Shown here: piece by piece, positions 38,598 through 50,500 of the stretch
Numbering within the stretch: position 1 is the first letter of the stretch
Layout: each line of letters opens with the position of its first letter
DNA from: Promethearchaeia archaeon
GTDB lineage: Archaea; Asgardarchaeota; Lokiarchaeia; Sigyniarchaeales; SOKP01
DNA: 64,000 nucleotides
Direction of reading: 5' to 3'
Assembly (NCBI GenBank): GCA_029856145.1
Contig: JAHQWK010000023.1
Location: 1 to 64,000, forward strand
The notes under the pieces: generated by a model
Told to the model about the DNA's origin: nothing
The model's input: only the letters and a program-made list of their open reading frames with translations
Database searches by the model: none
Position numbers and translations under genes: made by a program

Positions 38598-39956
38598 ATG
38601 ATTGAAAGAGACAATCCAAAAAGGAAAGATTTATGTGACAGAGTTATTGAAACTGTGAAGGAAAATGATATTAAATTCATATACCTTCAATTTACGGACA
38701 TCCATGGCATTATCAAAAGTTTTGAAATTAATAGTAAACGGATTGAGGATTTCTTCGATATTGGTGAAAGTTTTGATGGAAGTTCTATCACTGGGTATGG
38801 AGCGATCGAAGAATCTGATAAAGTAGCATTACCTGATCCATCTACATTTTATATAATACCATGGAGGAATGATAATCGGAAGGTTGCGAGAGTTTTTTGT
38901 GATATTTATAACCCAGATGGCACGAGGTATAGCGGAGATCCTCGTTTCATTCTTCAAAAAGCTGTCAAAAAGGCTGAACAACATGGATATACTTTTTATT
39001 GTGCCCCCGAAATGGAATTTTTTATTCTTGAAAAGGGTACTAAAGAAGAAGTATTTAATCCCTCTGATATGAGAGGTTATTTTGATTATGATCCCTATGA
39101 TATTAATGAAAGAATGCGGTATACGATAGCAGAATATTGTGATGTAATGGGAATTGAGATTGAGGCGCTCCATCATGAAGTCGCTTTAGGGCAACATGAG
39201 GTTGATTTTCGTTATGATAAAGCAGTTAACTCTGCGGATAATACTAATACAATTAAAATGATAATTAAAACTGTAGCTGCAAAGAATAATATGACTGCTA
39301 CATTTATGCCTAAACCTTTTCATGGTATAAATGGTTCTGGTATGCATGTTCATCAATCATTGTGGAAAAATGGAAATAACGTTTTTTATGATAAAGCAGA
39401 TAAAGATAATATTTCTATTATAATGAAAAAATGGATTGGTGGGCAATTGAAACATGCTCAAGCAATGTGTGCTGTATTAAGCAGTTGGCCAAATTCTTAT
39501 AAGAGATTAGTTCCTGGATATGAAGCTCCTGTGTATATTGCGTGGGGATTTAGAAATCGTTCACCGCTTATCCGAGTTCCTGATTTTCATGGAAAACCTA
39601 ATGCTGCTCGATGTGAGATTCGATGTCCTGATCCCGCAGGAAACCCTTATCTTCAATTTGCGGTCTTATTATCTACAGGTTTAGATGGAGTTCTATCAGA
39701 AAGTACTGAGATACCTGAACACCGAGATGAAAATGTTTATAAACTCACAACAAAAGATATGGAAAAAGCAGGTATAAAAGCACTGCCAGGAAGTCTAAGT
39801 GAAGCATTAAAAGAATTTAGACAATCAGAATTCATGAAAGAAGTATTTGGAGAACAACCATTCAAGAATTTCTATTATGCTAAATTGGAAGAAAATGATA
39901 AGTATAAAGTAATAGTGAATGAGTGGGAGAGGTCAAGGTATATAACTCGTTTATAA
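38598..39956 (+). CDS. glnA: Glutamine synthetase type I
   Basis: FDGSSI, HHEVALGQHE, FMPKP...GSGMHVHQSL, NSYKRLVPGYEAP. Confidence 0.97.
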   Translation: MIERDNPKRKDLCDRVIETVKENDIKFIYLQFTDIHGIIKSFEINSKRIEDFFDIGESFDGSSITGYGAIEESDKVALPDPSTFYIIPWRNDNRKVARVFCDIYNPDGTRYSGDPRFILQKAVKKAEQHGYTFYCAPEMEFFILEKGTKEEVFNPSDMRGYFDYDPYDINERMRYTIAEYCDVMGIEIEALHHEVALGQHEVDFRYDKAVNSADNTNTIKMIIKTVAAKNNMTATFMPKPFHGINGSGMHVHQSLWKNGNNVFYDKADKDNISIIMKKWIGGQLKHAQAMCAVLSSWPNSYKRLVPGYEAPVYIAWGFRNRSPLIRVPDFHGKPNAARCEIRCPDPAGNPYLQFAVLLSTGLDGVLSESTEIPEHRDENVYKLTTKDMEKAGIKALPGSLSEALKEFRQSEFMKEVFGEQPFKNFYYAKLEENDKYKVIVNEWERSRYITRL

Positions 39957-40003
39957 TATTAAATACTGTCAATTCCTTGATGATCTTAACTTTTAACAAT
40001 CGA

Positions 40004-40255
40004 TTAAAATAATTCAGGGTACATCTTTTCAATATTTTCCATAGCTTCAAAAAGTAAATTGTTCAATATAATATTGTCATACACATATGTATGTTCTAGC
40101 ATATAATCTAAAATAGCGTTGGCAATTTCCTTATCTTTTTTAGTAAAGTTTTCTTTTTTAAATTTAAACAGAATGTTGAATTCTTCTTTTATCCATACCA
40201 ACTCTTCTTTCAAACTCTCTTCTAAAATTTCATGATGTCTAACACTAACTTTCAT
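40004..40255 (-). CDS. Small helical hypothetical protein
   Basis: 83-aa ORF with SD GAGGT upstream. Confidence 0.6.
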   Translation of the reverse strand: MKVSVRHHEILEESLKEELVWIKEEFNILFKFKKENFTKKDKEIANAILDYMLEHTYVYDNIILNNLLFEAMENIEKMYPELF

Positions 40256-40514
40256 TATAATACCTCAATCCTATAAAAATTATATAATCTTACTTGTTCT
40301 TTATGGTAGATGAAATAACATAATTATAAATATTTTTTATAGACCATTTTTTGTATAGTACCCAAGATATCATACAAAAAGATTTATAAAGTGATTTTTT
40401 TCGAATTAGCCGTTAAAGATTTGTATTATTCAAAATATTTATATAAACTCATAACATTATTGCATTTTAACTAATTATTATATACTAAACGTATATTCTA
40501 AGAGGCGATATTTA

Positions 40515-42098
40515 ATTTCTGATTTAAATGAAAATACAAATGTAAAATCAAATGCAATAAAAGAATGGTATCAAAACTTAAAGGAGAGTCATAGAAATAT
40601 TTTTTTAACATTTTTTATAGCGATCTTAATTCTCCTCATTGGATTAATACTAGGTTTTGCTTTTACGATAGGTATACCAGGTGACATAGCAATCGCAATG
40701 ACAAAAGTCCCCAGTATTTTACAATTATGCATATTACCAGTTTTAGTTGGTGTAGGTTTATCGATTTTATTTGGCAGAGTTTCTTCTAAAGTTAAGGGTA
40801 GATGGTTTGATAAACTAATCCAATTATTTTGTATATTGGCAATTTCAGCGCCTGTATTCTATATTGGGATGGCACTTCAATACAATCTGTGTTATGTGGC
40901 GGGACTCTGTAGTTTTGTAGGAAACTATGTATTACCGCATTCTATTTTACTTATTGTAATTCCTGCACTTATTATTTGGCAAACCCACCCTTATTTCATA
41001 AATAGAACACATAAAAAGTCAGTAATTTCGAATACTCTCATAACTGGAATAAGTTTAGGTTTTGTTTTATTTGTTTATACATTATTAGATATAACATTTG
41101 GTCTAAATGGATTTGGGGATCTTTTAGTAAATTCAATAAATTTCGGTAGTTATACTGGAGTTTTATTTGTTCTAATAATAATTTTCTTTATAGTGACGCT
41201 ATTCTCAAACCTGCTTTTCAGTGGCTCTAGATACATACAAAGTGAATATTTTAAGCGAAAAACTGAGTTTATAGATGAAGTAAATACAGAAAAAGAAAGC
41301 GATGAAATTACTATTAGTACGAAAATAAAGACGTATTTATTGAACAGGCTTAAATCACCCTATTTTTACATTGGTGCGGTTTTAGTGTCTATCATTATTG
41401 TTATTGCGATATCCCCGAATTTGTTAACACCATACTCCTTACAAGAAGCTGTGGGTATTTACCCCGGATCTTGGGACCCTCCATCTCCAGACCACCCCTT
41501 AGGACAAGGAGTATTTGGACGAGATATACTAGCGCTAATAGCGTGGGGGATACAAGATTTAATTCTTTTTGGCATTGGAGCAGTTCTTATAGGTTTGATA
41601 GGGGGAGTAATATTAGGAGTAATATTAGGGTATATTGTTGGGAAATTCAATCGATGGGGATATAACGCTGTTATTGGATCTATGATACTTTTTTATATAC
41701 TTCCAATATTTGTTTATGTTATAGTGTCGATGACTATATTTGGATCTTCAAGTCTTATAACCATGTTAACTATTGGTGTTTTATTAATACCTAGTTTTGC
41801 ACGAGGATTTTTACCCGGTGTATCAAGGAAGAGCAATATAGAAAGAGGTGTTAAATCGCTAATCAGCCAAATTCCATTAAATTTTGCAATTTTTGCTATG
41901 ATCTATACCGCAATAGGATTTTTAGGGTTTTCGGGGTTACCATATCAATTGGGAAATATAATTAGTCAAGCGCGTTCACAAATACTTATAGCACCTTGGG
42001 GTTTCAGTTGGGCTGGAGCTATGATTTCAATAATAATCTTAAGTTTTCTCCTTTTCCATATAGGACTCAAGGATTATAAACCAAAACTAAGAAAATAA
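40515..42098 (+). CDS. Fused DppB/DppC-like peptide ABC permease (probable ATT start)
   Basis: OppB-like SAPVFYIG and FGLNGFGDLL; OppC-like PPSPDHPLGQGVFGRDIL and APW. The frame is open 61 codons upstream of ATG 40698, includes a TM helix and follows GAGGCG. Confidence 0.7.
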   Translation: MSDLNENTNVKSNAIKEWYQNLKESHRNIFLTFFIAILILLIGLILGFAFTIGIPGDIAIAMTKVPSILQLCILPVLVGVGLSILFGRVSSKVKGRWFDKLIQLFCILAISAPVFYIGMALQYNLCYVAGLCSFVGNYVLPHSILLIVIPALIIWQTHPYFINRTHKKSVISNTLITGISLGFVLFVYTLLDITFGLNGFGDLLVNSINFGSYTGVLFVLIIIFFIVTLFSNLLFSGSRYIQSEYFKRKTEFIDEVNTEKESDEITISTKIKTYLLNRLKSPYFYIGAVLVSIIIVIAISPNLLTPYSLQEAVGIYPGSWDPPSPDHPLGQGVFGRDILALIAWGIQDLILFGIGAVLIGLIGGVILGVILGYIVGKFNRWGYNAVIGSMILFYILPIFVYVIVSMTIFGSSSLITMLTIGVLLIPSFARGFLPGVSRKSNIERGVKSLISQIPLNFAIFAMIYTAIGFLGFSGLPYQLGNIISQARSQILIAPWGFSWAGAMISIIILSFLLFHIGLKDYKPKLRK

Positions 42099-42237
42099 TT
42101 TCAATAATTTTTTTTATTTCTTTTTGTATTAAAAATACCATTATTTTGTAAATATAATTTTATATAAGTTTTTTAAAAAATTGTATATTATTATGTGTTA
42201 TCTCTAAATTTCGAAAAGAATTAGAGGAAAGAATTTT

Positions 42238-42771
42238 ATGGCAGAAACTAAAGATTTTGTTTTTATATTTCCTATAATCGCTGCAGCAGTGTTATTGATA
42301 TCACTTTTATTCCCAATAATGTCAGTAAGCATATTTTATTCTGGAATTATTGATCCTGCTATAGTTGGAGATTTACTACCATTTGGAGGAGGAATCATGG
42401 ACGAACTTGCTCCATTCCTCTTATTAGTTCCCGAACTATCAAGTCTTCAAAGTGGGTTCTTATTTCTTGGAATTGGTTTTACTGCCTTTTTCATACTTGG
42501 AGCTGTGCTATTAATAGTTTCAGGAATTCGAGTTAAAACCGGCAGAAAAGAACTTAAAAAAGCGAGAAAAAAATGGTTAAGAAATGGATTATCTTATATT
42601 ATATCTGAAATGATATTATTTTTAATTTTGCTATATGGGGTTCCATACGGTTTTCAACAACTTGGGATTGCACTTGAAATAAGCTTTTTTATGGGAATTG
42701 GGATGATTTTAATAATCATTGCAGGGGGAATATTAATTTTAGCATATATCCTCGCAAAAATAAAAGACTAA
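42238..42771 (+). CDS. Four-TM membrane protein
   Basis: Four hydrophobic segments; basic loop. Confidence 0.7.
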   Translation: MAETKDFVFIFPIIAAAVLLISLLFPIMSVSIFYSGIIDPAIVGDLLPFGGGIMDELAPFLLLVPELSSLQSGFLFLGIGFTAFFILGAVLLIVSGIRVKTGRKELKKARKKWLRNGLSYIISEMILFLILLYGVPYGFQQLGIALEISFFMGIGMILIIIAGGILILAYILAKIKD

Positions 42772-42820
42772 TTAAGAATTAAACTTTTTTCTATTTTTTT
42801 AATGATTAACATCAAGCATT

Positions 42821-44629
42821 TTATACTATTTCTTTCATTTTTTCAATATATTCTAAAGTCTGATGTCGAAAATATGTGTTATAAAGCTCTGCATACATCC
42901 CGCCTTTTGTCATCAACTCATCATGATTACCCTCTTCTACAATCTTCCCATGGTCAAGTACAATAATCCTATCTACATGGCGTACTGTCCAGAGGCGATG
43001 AGCAATTATAATTGATGTACGACCTTTTATCGTTTTTTGTAAAGCATCCTGAATTCGAGTTTCGGTGAAAGGGTCAACTGAGGCAGTGGCTTCATCTAAA
43101 ATAAGAATAGTGGGATTTTCTAATAGAACACGAGCAAAAACCACTAATTGACGCTGTCCCATCGAGATTAAACTTCCTCTTTCACCAGTTTTTGTTCCTA
43201 ATCCTCTTGACAAATCCTTTACCCAATCAGAGCCGCTTGTTGATTCCAAAGCATTATATACATCTTTTCTTGTAGCCTTTCTATTACCATATTTTATATT
43301 ATTTTCAATTGTATCTGCCCAGAGGAATGGAGTTTGTGGAATGATCCCTATCTGTTTTCTGTATTCCTTGAGATCAAAATTTCTTATGTTTATTCCATCT
43401 ATTAAAATATCACCCCCTTGAAATTCATAAAATCTCGCTAATAATTTTGCTAAGCTTGATTTTCCAGCACCAGTATGACCAACAATTGCAAGAGATTCTC
43501 CAGAATCAATCTTTAGACTGAAATTCTTGAAAACTTCTTTTGATTCTTCATATTTGAAGGAAAGATTTTTGAATTCAATTTCACCATTAAGTTTGAATGG
43601 TTTTATATTATCTTTTTGAACCACTAAAGGTATTGTATCAATGAGAGCAAATATCCTTTCTGATGCAGCCATACCCGTCTGGAAAGTAGGCCAAAAAGAT
43701 GCTAAAGTTAATAGAGGAAAGAACAGATATGTCAAACCTTGTATAAATAAACTAAACTCTCCCACACTTATACTATTTCCTAAAACACTAGTTCCACCAT
43801 AAAATATTAATAATGTTAATACTATTCCCTGTATGATACCTAATGAAGGAAATATTGCATTTAGTACAAAAGCTCTTCGTAAATTAACTCTATAAGATGT
43901 AGTATTGACTTCATTGAAATTATTATATAATTTATCCTCTTGTCGAAATGTTTTTGCTATTTGAATACCGGAAATACTTTCTTTAACGTATGCATTGACA
44001 GAAGCTAGCGCTCTTTGTCCTAAAAGTGTTTTTAATCGAGCTAATTTTCTAAAGGATAATGCTAAGACAAAAAATAGTGGAAAAGTGATGATAGTGATTA
44101 GTGTTAATATAAGATTGATGAAAGACATAATAATTAGCAAAAATATAATGACCAATATTGAAGAAATTAATTGAAGCGTTAAATCTACAGTTTGTCCGAA
44201 ATCCCGTGAATCAGTATTTGTCCTTGATACTATTTTTCCAATAGGATTTCGATCAAAAAATGAAAGATCGTGATTTAAAACAGCTTGTCCAGCATCTCGT
44301 CTTAGATCTAAAACAACATTTCCGATTACTTGTACAGAATATTTTACAGTAAAATAATTAAAAACCCAAGATAATAGATTTAGTATAAGAATAACACTTA
44401 ATAAGAAAAAGAGATAGGAAATATTTCTAATTGTTTCTAAATTATTAATTGCTAAACTAACAAGAACAGGCACAAAAGCATAAGTAAGTGAAGAAATTGT
44501 TAAGAAAAGAATCACGACTGCCATTGAGCGTTTATATGGGCGGAAATAATGAAAGATCCGTTTTAATAAAACCTTATCTCTATAAACTTTATCATAGCTT
44601 TCTGCTTCCAAGCCAATATACATTCCCAT
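42821..44629 (-). CDS. ABC exporter, heterodimer subunit B
   Basis: TMD plus NBD; GHTGAGKS, ISMGQRQ, ILDEATA. Confidence 0.95.
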   Translation of the reverse strand: MGMYIGLEAESYDKVYRDKVLLKRIFHYFRPYKRSMAVVILFLTISSLTYAFVPVLVSLAINNLETIRNISYLFFLLSVILILNLLSWVFNYFTVKYSVQVIGNVVLDLRRDAGQAVLNHDLSFFDRNPIGKIVSRTNTDSRDFGQTVDLTLQLISSILVIIFLLIIMSFINLILTLITIITFPLFFVLALSFRKLARLKTLLGQRALASVNAYVKESISGIQIAKTFRQEDKLYNNFNEVNTTSYRVNLRRAFVLNAIFPSLGIIQGIVLTLLIFYGGTSVLGNSISVGEFSLFIQGLTYLFFPLLTLASFWPTFQTGMAASERIFALIDTIPLVVQKDNIKPFKLNGEIEFKNLSFKYEESKEVFKNFSLKIDSGESLAIVGHTGAGKSSLAKLLARFYEFQGGDILIDGINIRNFDLKEYRKQIGIIPQTPFLWADTIENNIKYGNRKATRKDVYNALESTSGSDWVKDLSRGLGTKTGERGSLISMGQRQLVVFARVLLENPTILILDEATASVDPFTETRIQDALQKTIKGRTSIIIAHRLWTVRHVDRIIVLDHGKIVEEGNHDELMTKGGMYAELYNTYFRHQTLEYIEKMKEIV

Positions 44630-46468
44630 TTAGGAAACCTCTTTTTGATTAATTAGCTTATTGATATCAATATCAAATTTTTTTATAAATATTTTTTGAT
44701 ATTCTTCTGAAGATTTCAAGAGATCTTCATGAGTACCCATAGCAGAAATTTCACCTTTTTTCAAGACAATTATTAAATCCGCCCATCGAATTTGGGAAAG
44801 TCTATGTGTTATGAGAATTGTAGTTCTATCTTTAAGAATATTTCGAATTGCTCGTTGTATTTTGTCCTCAGTATTTGAATCGATTGCTGAAGTTGAATCA
44901 TCTAAAATGAGAATTTTTGGATCAGAGAGAAAAGCGCGGGCTATTGCTATTCTTTGCCGTTCACCCCCACTTAATTGAACTCCCCTTTCTCCTACATCTG
45001 ATTGATATTGATTTGAAAATTGACTAATAAAATCATTAGCTTGGGCTTCGTTAGCAACTTGAATGATTTCATCCATTGAGGAAGTTCTCCCAAAAGATAT
45101 ATTATTGAATATGGTATCAGAAAATAAGAAAATATCTTGCTCAATAAATGAAATCTGACTTCTTAATGATTCTAATGCATATTCTCGTATATCTAAATTA
45201 TCAATCAAAATTTTCCCTTCATTCACATCATACAAGCGAGAAATCAATTTAGTTAAGGTTGATTTTCCAGACCCAGTAGTTCCCACAAGTGCCACAGTTT
45301 GACCAGGTTGAACTTTAAAAGTAATATTTTTTAATATTGGTTTTTTACTTTCAGGATAGGTAAATGATACGTTTTCAAACTGGATTTCCCCTTTTATTAC
45401 TCTTGTAAAACCTTTTATATTTTCATCAATTTCAGTTTCTCTATTCATTAATTCAAGTAATCTTTCAGAGCTTGTAATGGCTAGTCGAATGATCGCAAAT
45501 ACAAAAATAGAGATAAAAGTTGGAAAACGTAATTGTACTATTAATCCATAATAAGCAATGATTTCTCCTATACTCATTAAATTTAAAAAATTCAAAATGA
45601 TGGCATGAGCAAATCCAAAGGTGATAACTATAGATAATACTAGGATTGGAAGATATTTTGCTTGAACTCTTCCTTGATCGATGTATGCATCTCGATACCA
45701 TTTAGCCTTTGAATAATATTTTTCTATTTCCTTAGCTTCCTGAACGGTAGCTTTAACCACTTCTATTCCAGTGAGAGTTTCATTTAATGTGGCATTCATC
45801 ATTCCAAATGATCCTCTCAATCTTCCTGTGATTGGTCCTAATTTACGAACATATGATCTTAAGAGGAATAAAAAGAGTACAGAAAATAATAAAGGGGCAA
45901 GTATTAATTGAGGCGGATAAAATATGATAATATAAATAAGAGGTACAATTAAAGAGGTAAATGATTCAAAAATCAAAGAAAGTGCGGGACTTATCAAAAA
46001 ATTAAGCATCCTAACATCATCTGTCACTCTTGCCATTAAATCTCCAATTTTTTGTTGCTCATGAAATGATTGACTCTTTCCTAAGAGATTTGTATAAAAT
46101 TCTCTCCTACAATCTCTCTCCATTCTTTGCGCGATGACTTCTCGTAACATGTAATTTGCCAACCTCATTATAGGTGTTCCCACACTTAATAGTAAGATAA
46201 TTGCAGTGTAAAAAGATAACGTAGAATAATTACCGATTAAAAAATCTGATATAGCATTTCCAATTATTACCATTATAATGGAAGATAGATTTGAAGTAAT
46301 TATAGTTGTAAACAAAACAATGATAAATAGGAGTTTATTTGAACCATGAAAAATATGCTTCAATATCCATCTTCGAGAACCTTTTCGACGAGCTTTCTCA
46401 AAAGGATCTTTTCCCGGAGAAAATTCAACATGTCTAGAGGTATTTGCTGGAAAAATTTTAGTAGTCAT
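44630..46468 (-). CDS. ABC exporter, heterodimer subunit A
   Basis: TMD plus NBD; GTTGSGKS, LSGGERQ, degenerate ILDDSTS. Confidence 0.95.
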   Translation of the reverse strand: MTTKIFPANTSRHVEFSPGKDPFEKARRKGSRRWILKHIFHGSNKLLFIIVLFTTIITSNLSSIIMVIIGNAISDFLIGNYSTLSFYTAIILLLSVGTPIMRLANYMLREVIAQRMERDCRREFYTNLLGKSQSFHEQQKIGDLMARVTDDVRMLNFLISPALSLIFESFTSLIVPLIYIIIFYPPQLILAPLLFSVLFLFLLRSYVRKLGPITGRLRGSFGMMNATLNETLTGIEVVKATVQEAKEIEKYYSKAKWYRDAYIDQGRVQAKYLPILVLSIVITFGFAHAIILNFLNLMSIGEIIAYYGLIVQLRFPTFISIFVFAIIRLAITSSERLLELMNRETEIDENIKGFTRVIKGEIQFENVSFTYPESKKPILKNITFKVQPGQTVALVGTTGSGKSTLTKLISRLYDVNEGKILIDNLDIREYALESLRSQISFIEQDIFLFSDTIFNNISFGRTSSMDEIIQVANEAQANDFISQFSNQYQSDVGERGVQLSGGERQRIAIARAFLSDPKILILDDSTSAIDSNTEDKIQRAIRNILKDRTTILITHRLSQIRWADLIIVLKKGEISAMGTHEDLLKSSEEYQKIFIKKFDIDINKLINQKEVS

Positions 46469-46932
46469 TAATTTATTTTATGGTGTTTTGACGCTATAAA
46501 TTGTTTTAAAATTAGAATTAATTAATATTTAAGAGATTTTAGTTTATAATTTATTTCCAAACCACCAAATCCTTTCATAAAATGGTGTGATAATCTAATT
46601 TATATAGAAAAAATTTTTCTCGTAAGACAAAATGAACTTGAAGAGCTTAAAAATTCGATAAATTGGTTAAATTACGAAGGATTAAATATAACAAAAAAAG
46701 GAGAATTAAATAAGTCGCTTGAAAAATTCAAAAAGATAAGAGCCCTGCTAAGGAACTATTTTAAGTAATTTATTGTTTTTTAGTAAAAATCTGAGTAGGA
46801 TGAATAATCCGTCGTGGAATCCTTTCCAAAAATTCATTTTATATTTCAGTATATTAACCCATTAATAATACTCCTTGATACCTATGAAATATTAAAGATA
46901 AATTTTAATATAATTAGTTTTATTAGATAATT

Positions 46933-47079
46933 GTGTCGGATAAAGATATTGCTTATGACGTCAGGTTGGAAGAAAAATTAGAGCTCATAAAATTACAAAT
47001 ATGGATTAACGAAGAGCTACAGCTTCAGCCTCGCCAATTTCATGAACTTATTATCCAAAACTATGTCAAAAAAGGTTAA
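46933..47079 (+). CDS. Small hypothetical protein (48 aa, MSDKDIAYDVRLEEKLELIKLQIWINEEL...)
   Basis: GTG-to-TAA ORF read manually; AT-rich TATA-like box ~25 nt upstream, so possibly leaderless. Confidence 0.35.
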   Translation: MSDKDIAYDVRLEEKLELIKLQIWINEELQLQPRQFHELIIQNYVKKG

Positions 47080-47155
47080 AAAAATTAATTTTAAGAAATT
47101 TTTGATCATAAATTTCCCACTTCTTATAAAAATTTAATAATGGATTCATTTATTG

Positions 47156-47440
47156 TCAAAATGGATAATTCTTCTTAGTACTAATTAGAGTAGTCGTTGC
47201 CTCAATCCATTGAGATAATTCTAATTCAGTTCTACAGAATGAAACAATTTTATCTAAATCCTCAAGATTGTTAAAGAAGCACTCTACTAATAAATCCCAG
47301 CCCCCATATACTGGAGTAACATAATTAATCTGCCAATCTTCATTTGAATTGCTAGATTTTAAATCTTTTAGTTTTTCTGTAACTTTCCATTGCGTACCAA
47401 TGATTTTCAATCGAATTAAAATGTATCCACGATAATAGAT
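47156..47440 (-). CDS. Stand-alone Lrp/AsnC ligand-binding (RAM) domain protein (probable ATC start)
   Basis: VTPVYGGWDLLVE...ATTTLI. The first beta-strand RGYILIRL lies upstream of the TTG; SD AGGTG is 8 nt before ATC 47440. Confidence 0.7.
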   Translation of the reverse strand: MYYRGYILIRLKIIGTQWKVTEKLKDLKSSNSNEDWQINYVTPVYGGWDLLVECFFNNLEDLDKIVSFCRTELELSQWIEATTTLISTKKNYPF

Positions 47441-47594
47441 AAGTATTACACCTAATTTAATAAATGACTCAATAACTAAGAGAATTTCATAATAGAGATG
47501 ATTTGAAATTTAATTTTTAAAATTTTTCAAGATTATTATTAATAATTAATTTAAAGATTCTAAAACTTCATTTTTATTTTCTTTTCAATTTATA

Positions 47595-50500
47595 TTACCA
47601 ATACACTTCTTTTAATGTTTCATGGTACTCATTAAGAGATTTAATCTCAACTTTTTTCTTACGAACATTTTCAATAGCATCAATAATAGCTTTAGCAAGT
47701 TGTAGATTAATTATAACAGGAATATTATAATCTACGGCCATTCTCCTTATTTTATATTCATCTTCTATTATTGTTTTAAATAGTTCTTCTACTTTAGTAG
47801 GCATTGGAATATTAATTACCATATCTATATGGCCTTCTTGTAAGCACGCCATTATATTGGGTTCTTTTCCATACTCATGGACTTTATATAATTTTACTGC
47901 TTCAATTCCATTATTCTTCAAAGTTAAAGCTGTATCTTCTGTAGCAAAAATACTAAATCCAAGAGTTTTTAATTTTTTAGCAAGAGGAATAACTTGTTTC
48001 TTCAATTCATCTCCTCCTACAGAAATCAATACATTCCCTCCTTCGATTGGAATGTCCATTTCTGTAGCTTCTAAAGCTTTTACAAGTGCATCTTGAAAAT
48101 TATCTCCGATGATTCCGATCTCGCCCGTTGATGCCATTTCGACACCAAGCAGAAAATCAGCCTTGTCTAATCTCATAAATGAGAACATAGGGGCTTTTAT
48201 ACCAACAAATTCTCCATAAGGGAGTTTTAGAAGCCTTTCTGGAATTTTATTACCCATAATTACCTCAGCTGCTAATCTCATTAAGTTAATTCCTCTTGTT
48301 TTTGATACATAAGGCATACTACGACTTGAACGCAAATTACATTCAATTACATAAACGTCTCCATTTTTTACTAAATATTGGACATTAAATGGTCCTTGTA
48401 TTTTAAGTGCTAAAGCAATCTGATTTGTATATTTCTCTATTACCTCGATAACCTCTTTAGAAACCGTTTGAGGAGGAATTACCATAGTAGCATCTCCACT
48501 ATGGATACCTGCATTTTCTATATGTTCAACAATAGCACCTATTAATACATTTTCTCCGTCAGAAATACCATCACATTCAATTTCTCTGGCGTTAGTGAAA
48601 AATTTAGTTATAACAACAGGATATTCGCTCGAAACAGAAGCAGCAAGATCAAGCGTATCCCTAAGTGTTTTTTCATCATAAGAAACTCTCATAGCAGCAC
48701 CACTTAACACGTAAGAAGGTCTAACTAATACAGGATAACCTACTTCTGTAGCGAATTGTAAGGCATCATTTTTATCCGTTAATGTCTTCCATTCTGGTTG
48801 TTTTATATTTAATTGATCTAACAATGCACTAAATTTACTTCTATCTTCTGCCATATCAATTCTCGAGCCATGAGTTCCAAGAATTTTGAGATTTGTTTTT
48901 CTAAAAAATTCGGAGTATTTTGAAATTTTAGCTGCTAAATTATTTGCGATTTGGCCACCCGCAGATACGACAATACCAGTTGCTTTTTCAAGTTCACAAA
49001 TGTCAAGTACTCTTTCACCAGAAATTTCTTCAAAATATAATTTATCAGATATATCATAATCGGTAGACACAGTTTCAGGATTATAATTAATCATTATTGC
49101 TTGATCAATACCAAGTTTTTTTAAACCCCATAAACAGTTAACAGATCCCCAATCAAACTCAACTGAAGCTCCGATACGATAAGTTCCTGAACCTAATACA
49201 ATTACTTTACTGAGACTTGAGTCATTTTCTTTTTCGAAATCAATATCATGTTCCGAAGCACCATAAGTTAAGTATAAATAGTTAGTAATAGCAGGCCATT
49301 CAGCAGCTAAAGTATCAATTCGTTTAACATATGGTTTAATCCCCAACCTTCTTCTCATTTGTCTTATGAATATTGTATCAACACTCATAATTTTAGCAAT
49401 TTGACCATCAGAAAATCCATATCGTTTAGCTCTTTCTAACCAGTATCGTTTTTCATCATCCCTAGTCTCTAATAAATCAAGATCTTGAAGTTGACGTTCA
49501 ATGTCAATAATATTTTTCAGTTTATATAAAAACCACTTATCTACTCGTGATAAGCGATATATTTCATCAAGAGAAATACCTCTTTTTATTGCTTCAGTAA
49601 TCCTAAATACTCGTAAATCTGTAGGATTTCTTAAAGCATATTTTAATTCATTTATATCTTCAATTGGATCTAAATCATTTGCTACAAAACCTTTCATACC
49701 GATATCAAGCATTCTAATGGCTTTTTGTAAAACTTCTTCAAAAGTTCTCCCAATTGCCATTACTTCACCTACACTTTTCATCTGAGAACCTATTCTACGA
49801 TCGACTCTTTGAAATTTTGTCAAGTCCCATCTCGGAATTTTAAGTACTAAATAATCTAATGCAGGTTCGAAACAAGCGGTTGTAATTCCAGTAATCTTAT
49901 TTTTTAATTCTGGTAATGTGTATCCAATTGCTAGCTTTGCTGCTATATATGCTAATGGATACCCTGTTGCTTTAGATGCAAGTGCGGAAGATCTTGAAAG
50001 CCGAGCGTTTACTTCTATTGCTCTAAACTCTTTAGAAAAGGGATCTAGCCCGTATTGAATATTGCATTCTCCTATAATACCAAGGTTTCGAATGACTCTT
50101 ATAGAAGCTGAACGGAGCATATGGTACTCCTCATTTGTGAGGGTTTGGCTAGGACTTACAACAAGCGATTCTCCTGTATGAATTCCAACCGGATCGAAGT
50201 TTTCCATATTACAATTAATAAAACAGTTATCTTCAGAGTCTCTTACGACTTCATATTCTATCTCTTTCCAACCCCATATACTTTCTTCTATTAAAATCTG
50301 ATGTATTCTTGATTGAGCTAATCCTTTTTTTGCCATTCTTTCGAATTCTTTTATATTATCAACAATACCAGATCCCCTTCCACCCAATGTATACGCTACT
50401 CGTATCATACATGGAAATCCGATTTTTTTTACTGCTTTTAGTGCTTCACTATAAGAATTTACCGCCTGACTTTTACACACTTTAACATTTGATCCTTCCA

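Noticed and set aside
46597-46767. ~56-codon open frame on + (IYIEKIFLVRQNELEELKNS...)
   Set aside because: No canonical start and no recognisable family; it could be another AUH-start gene but is unsupported.
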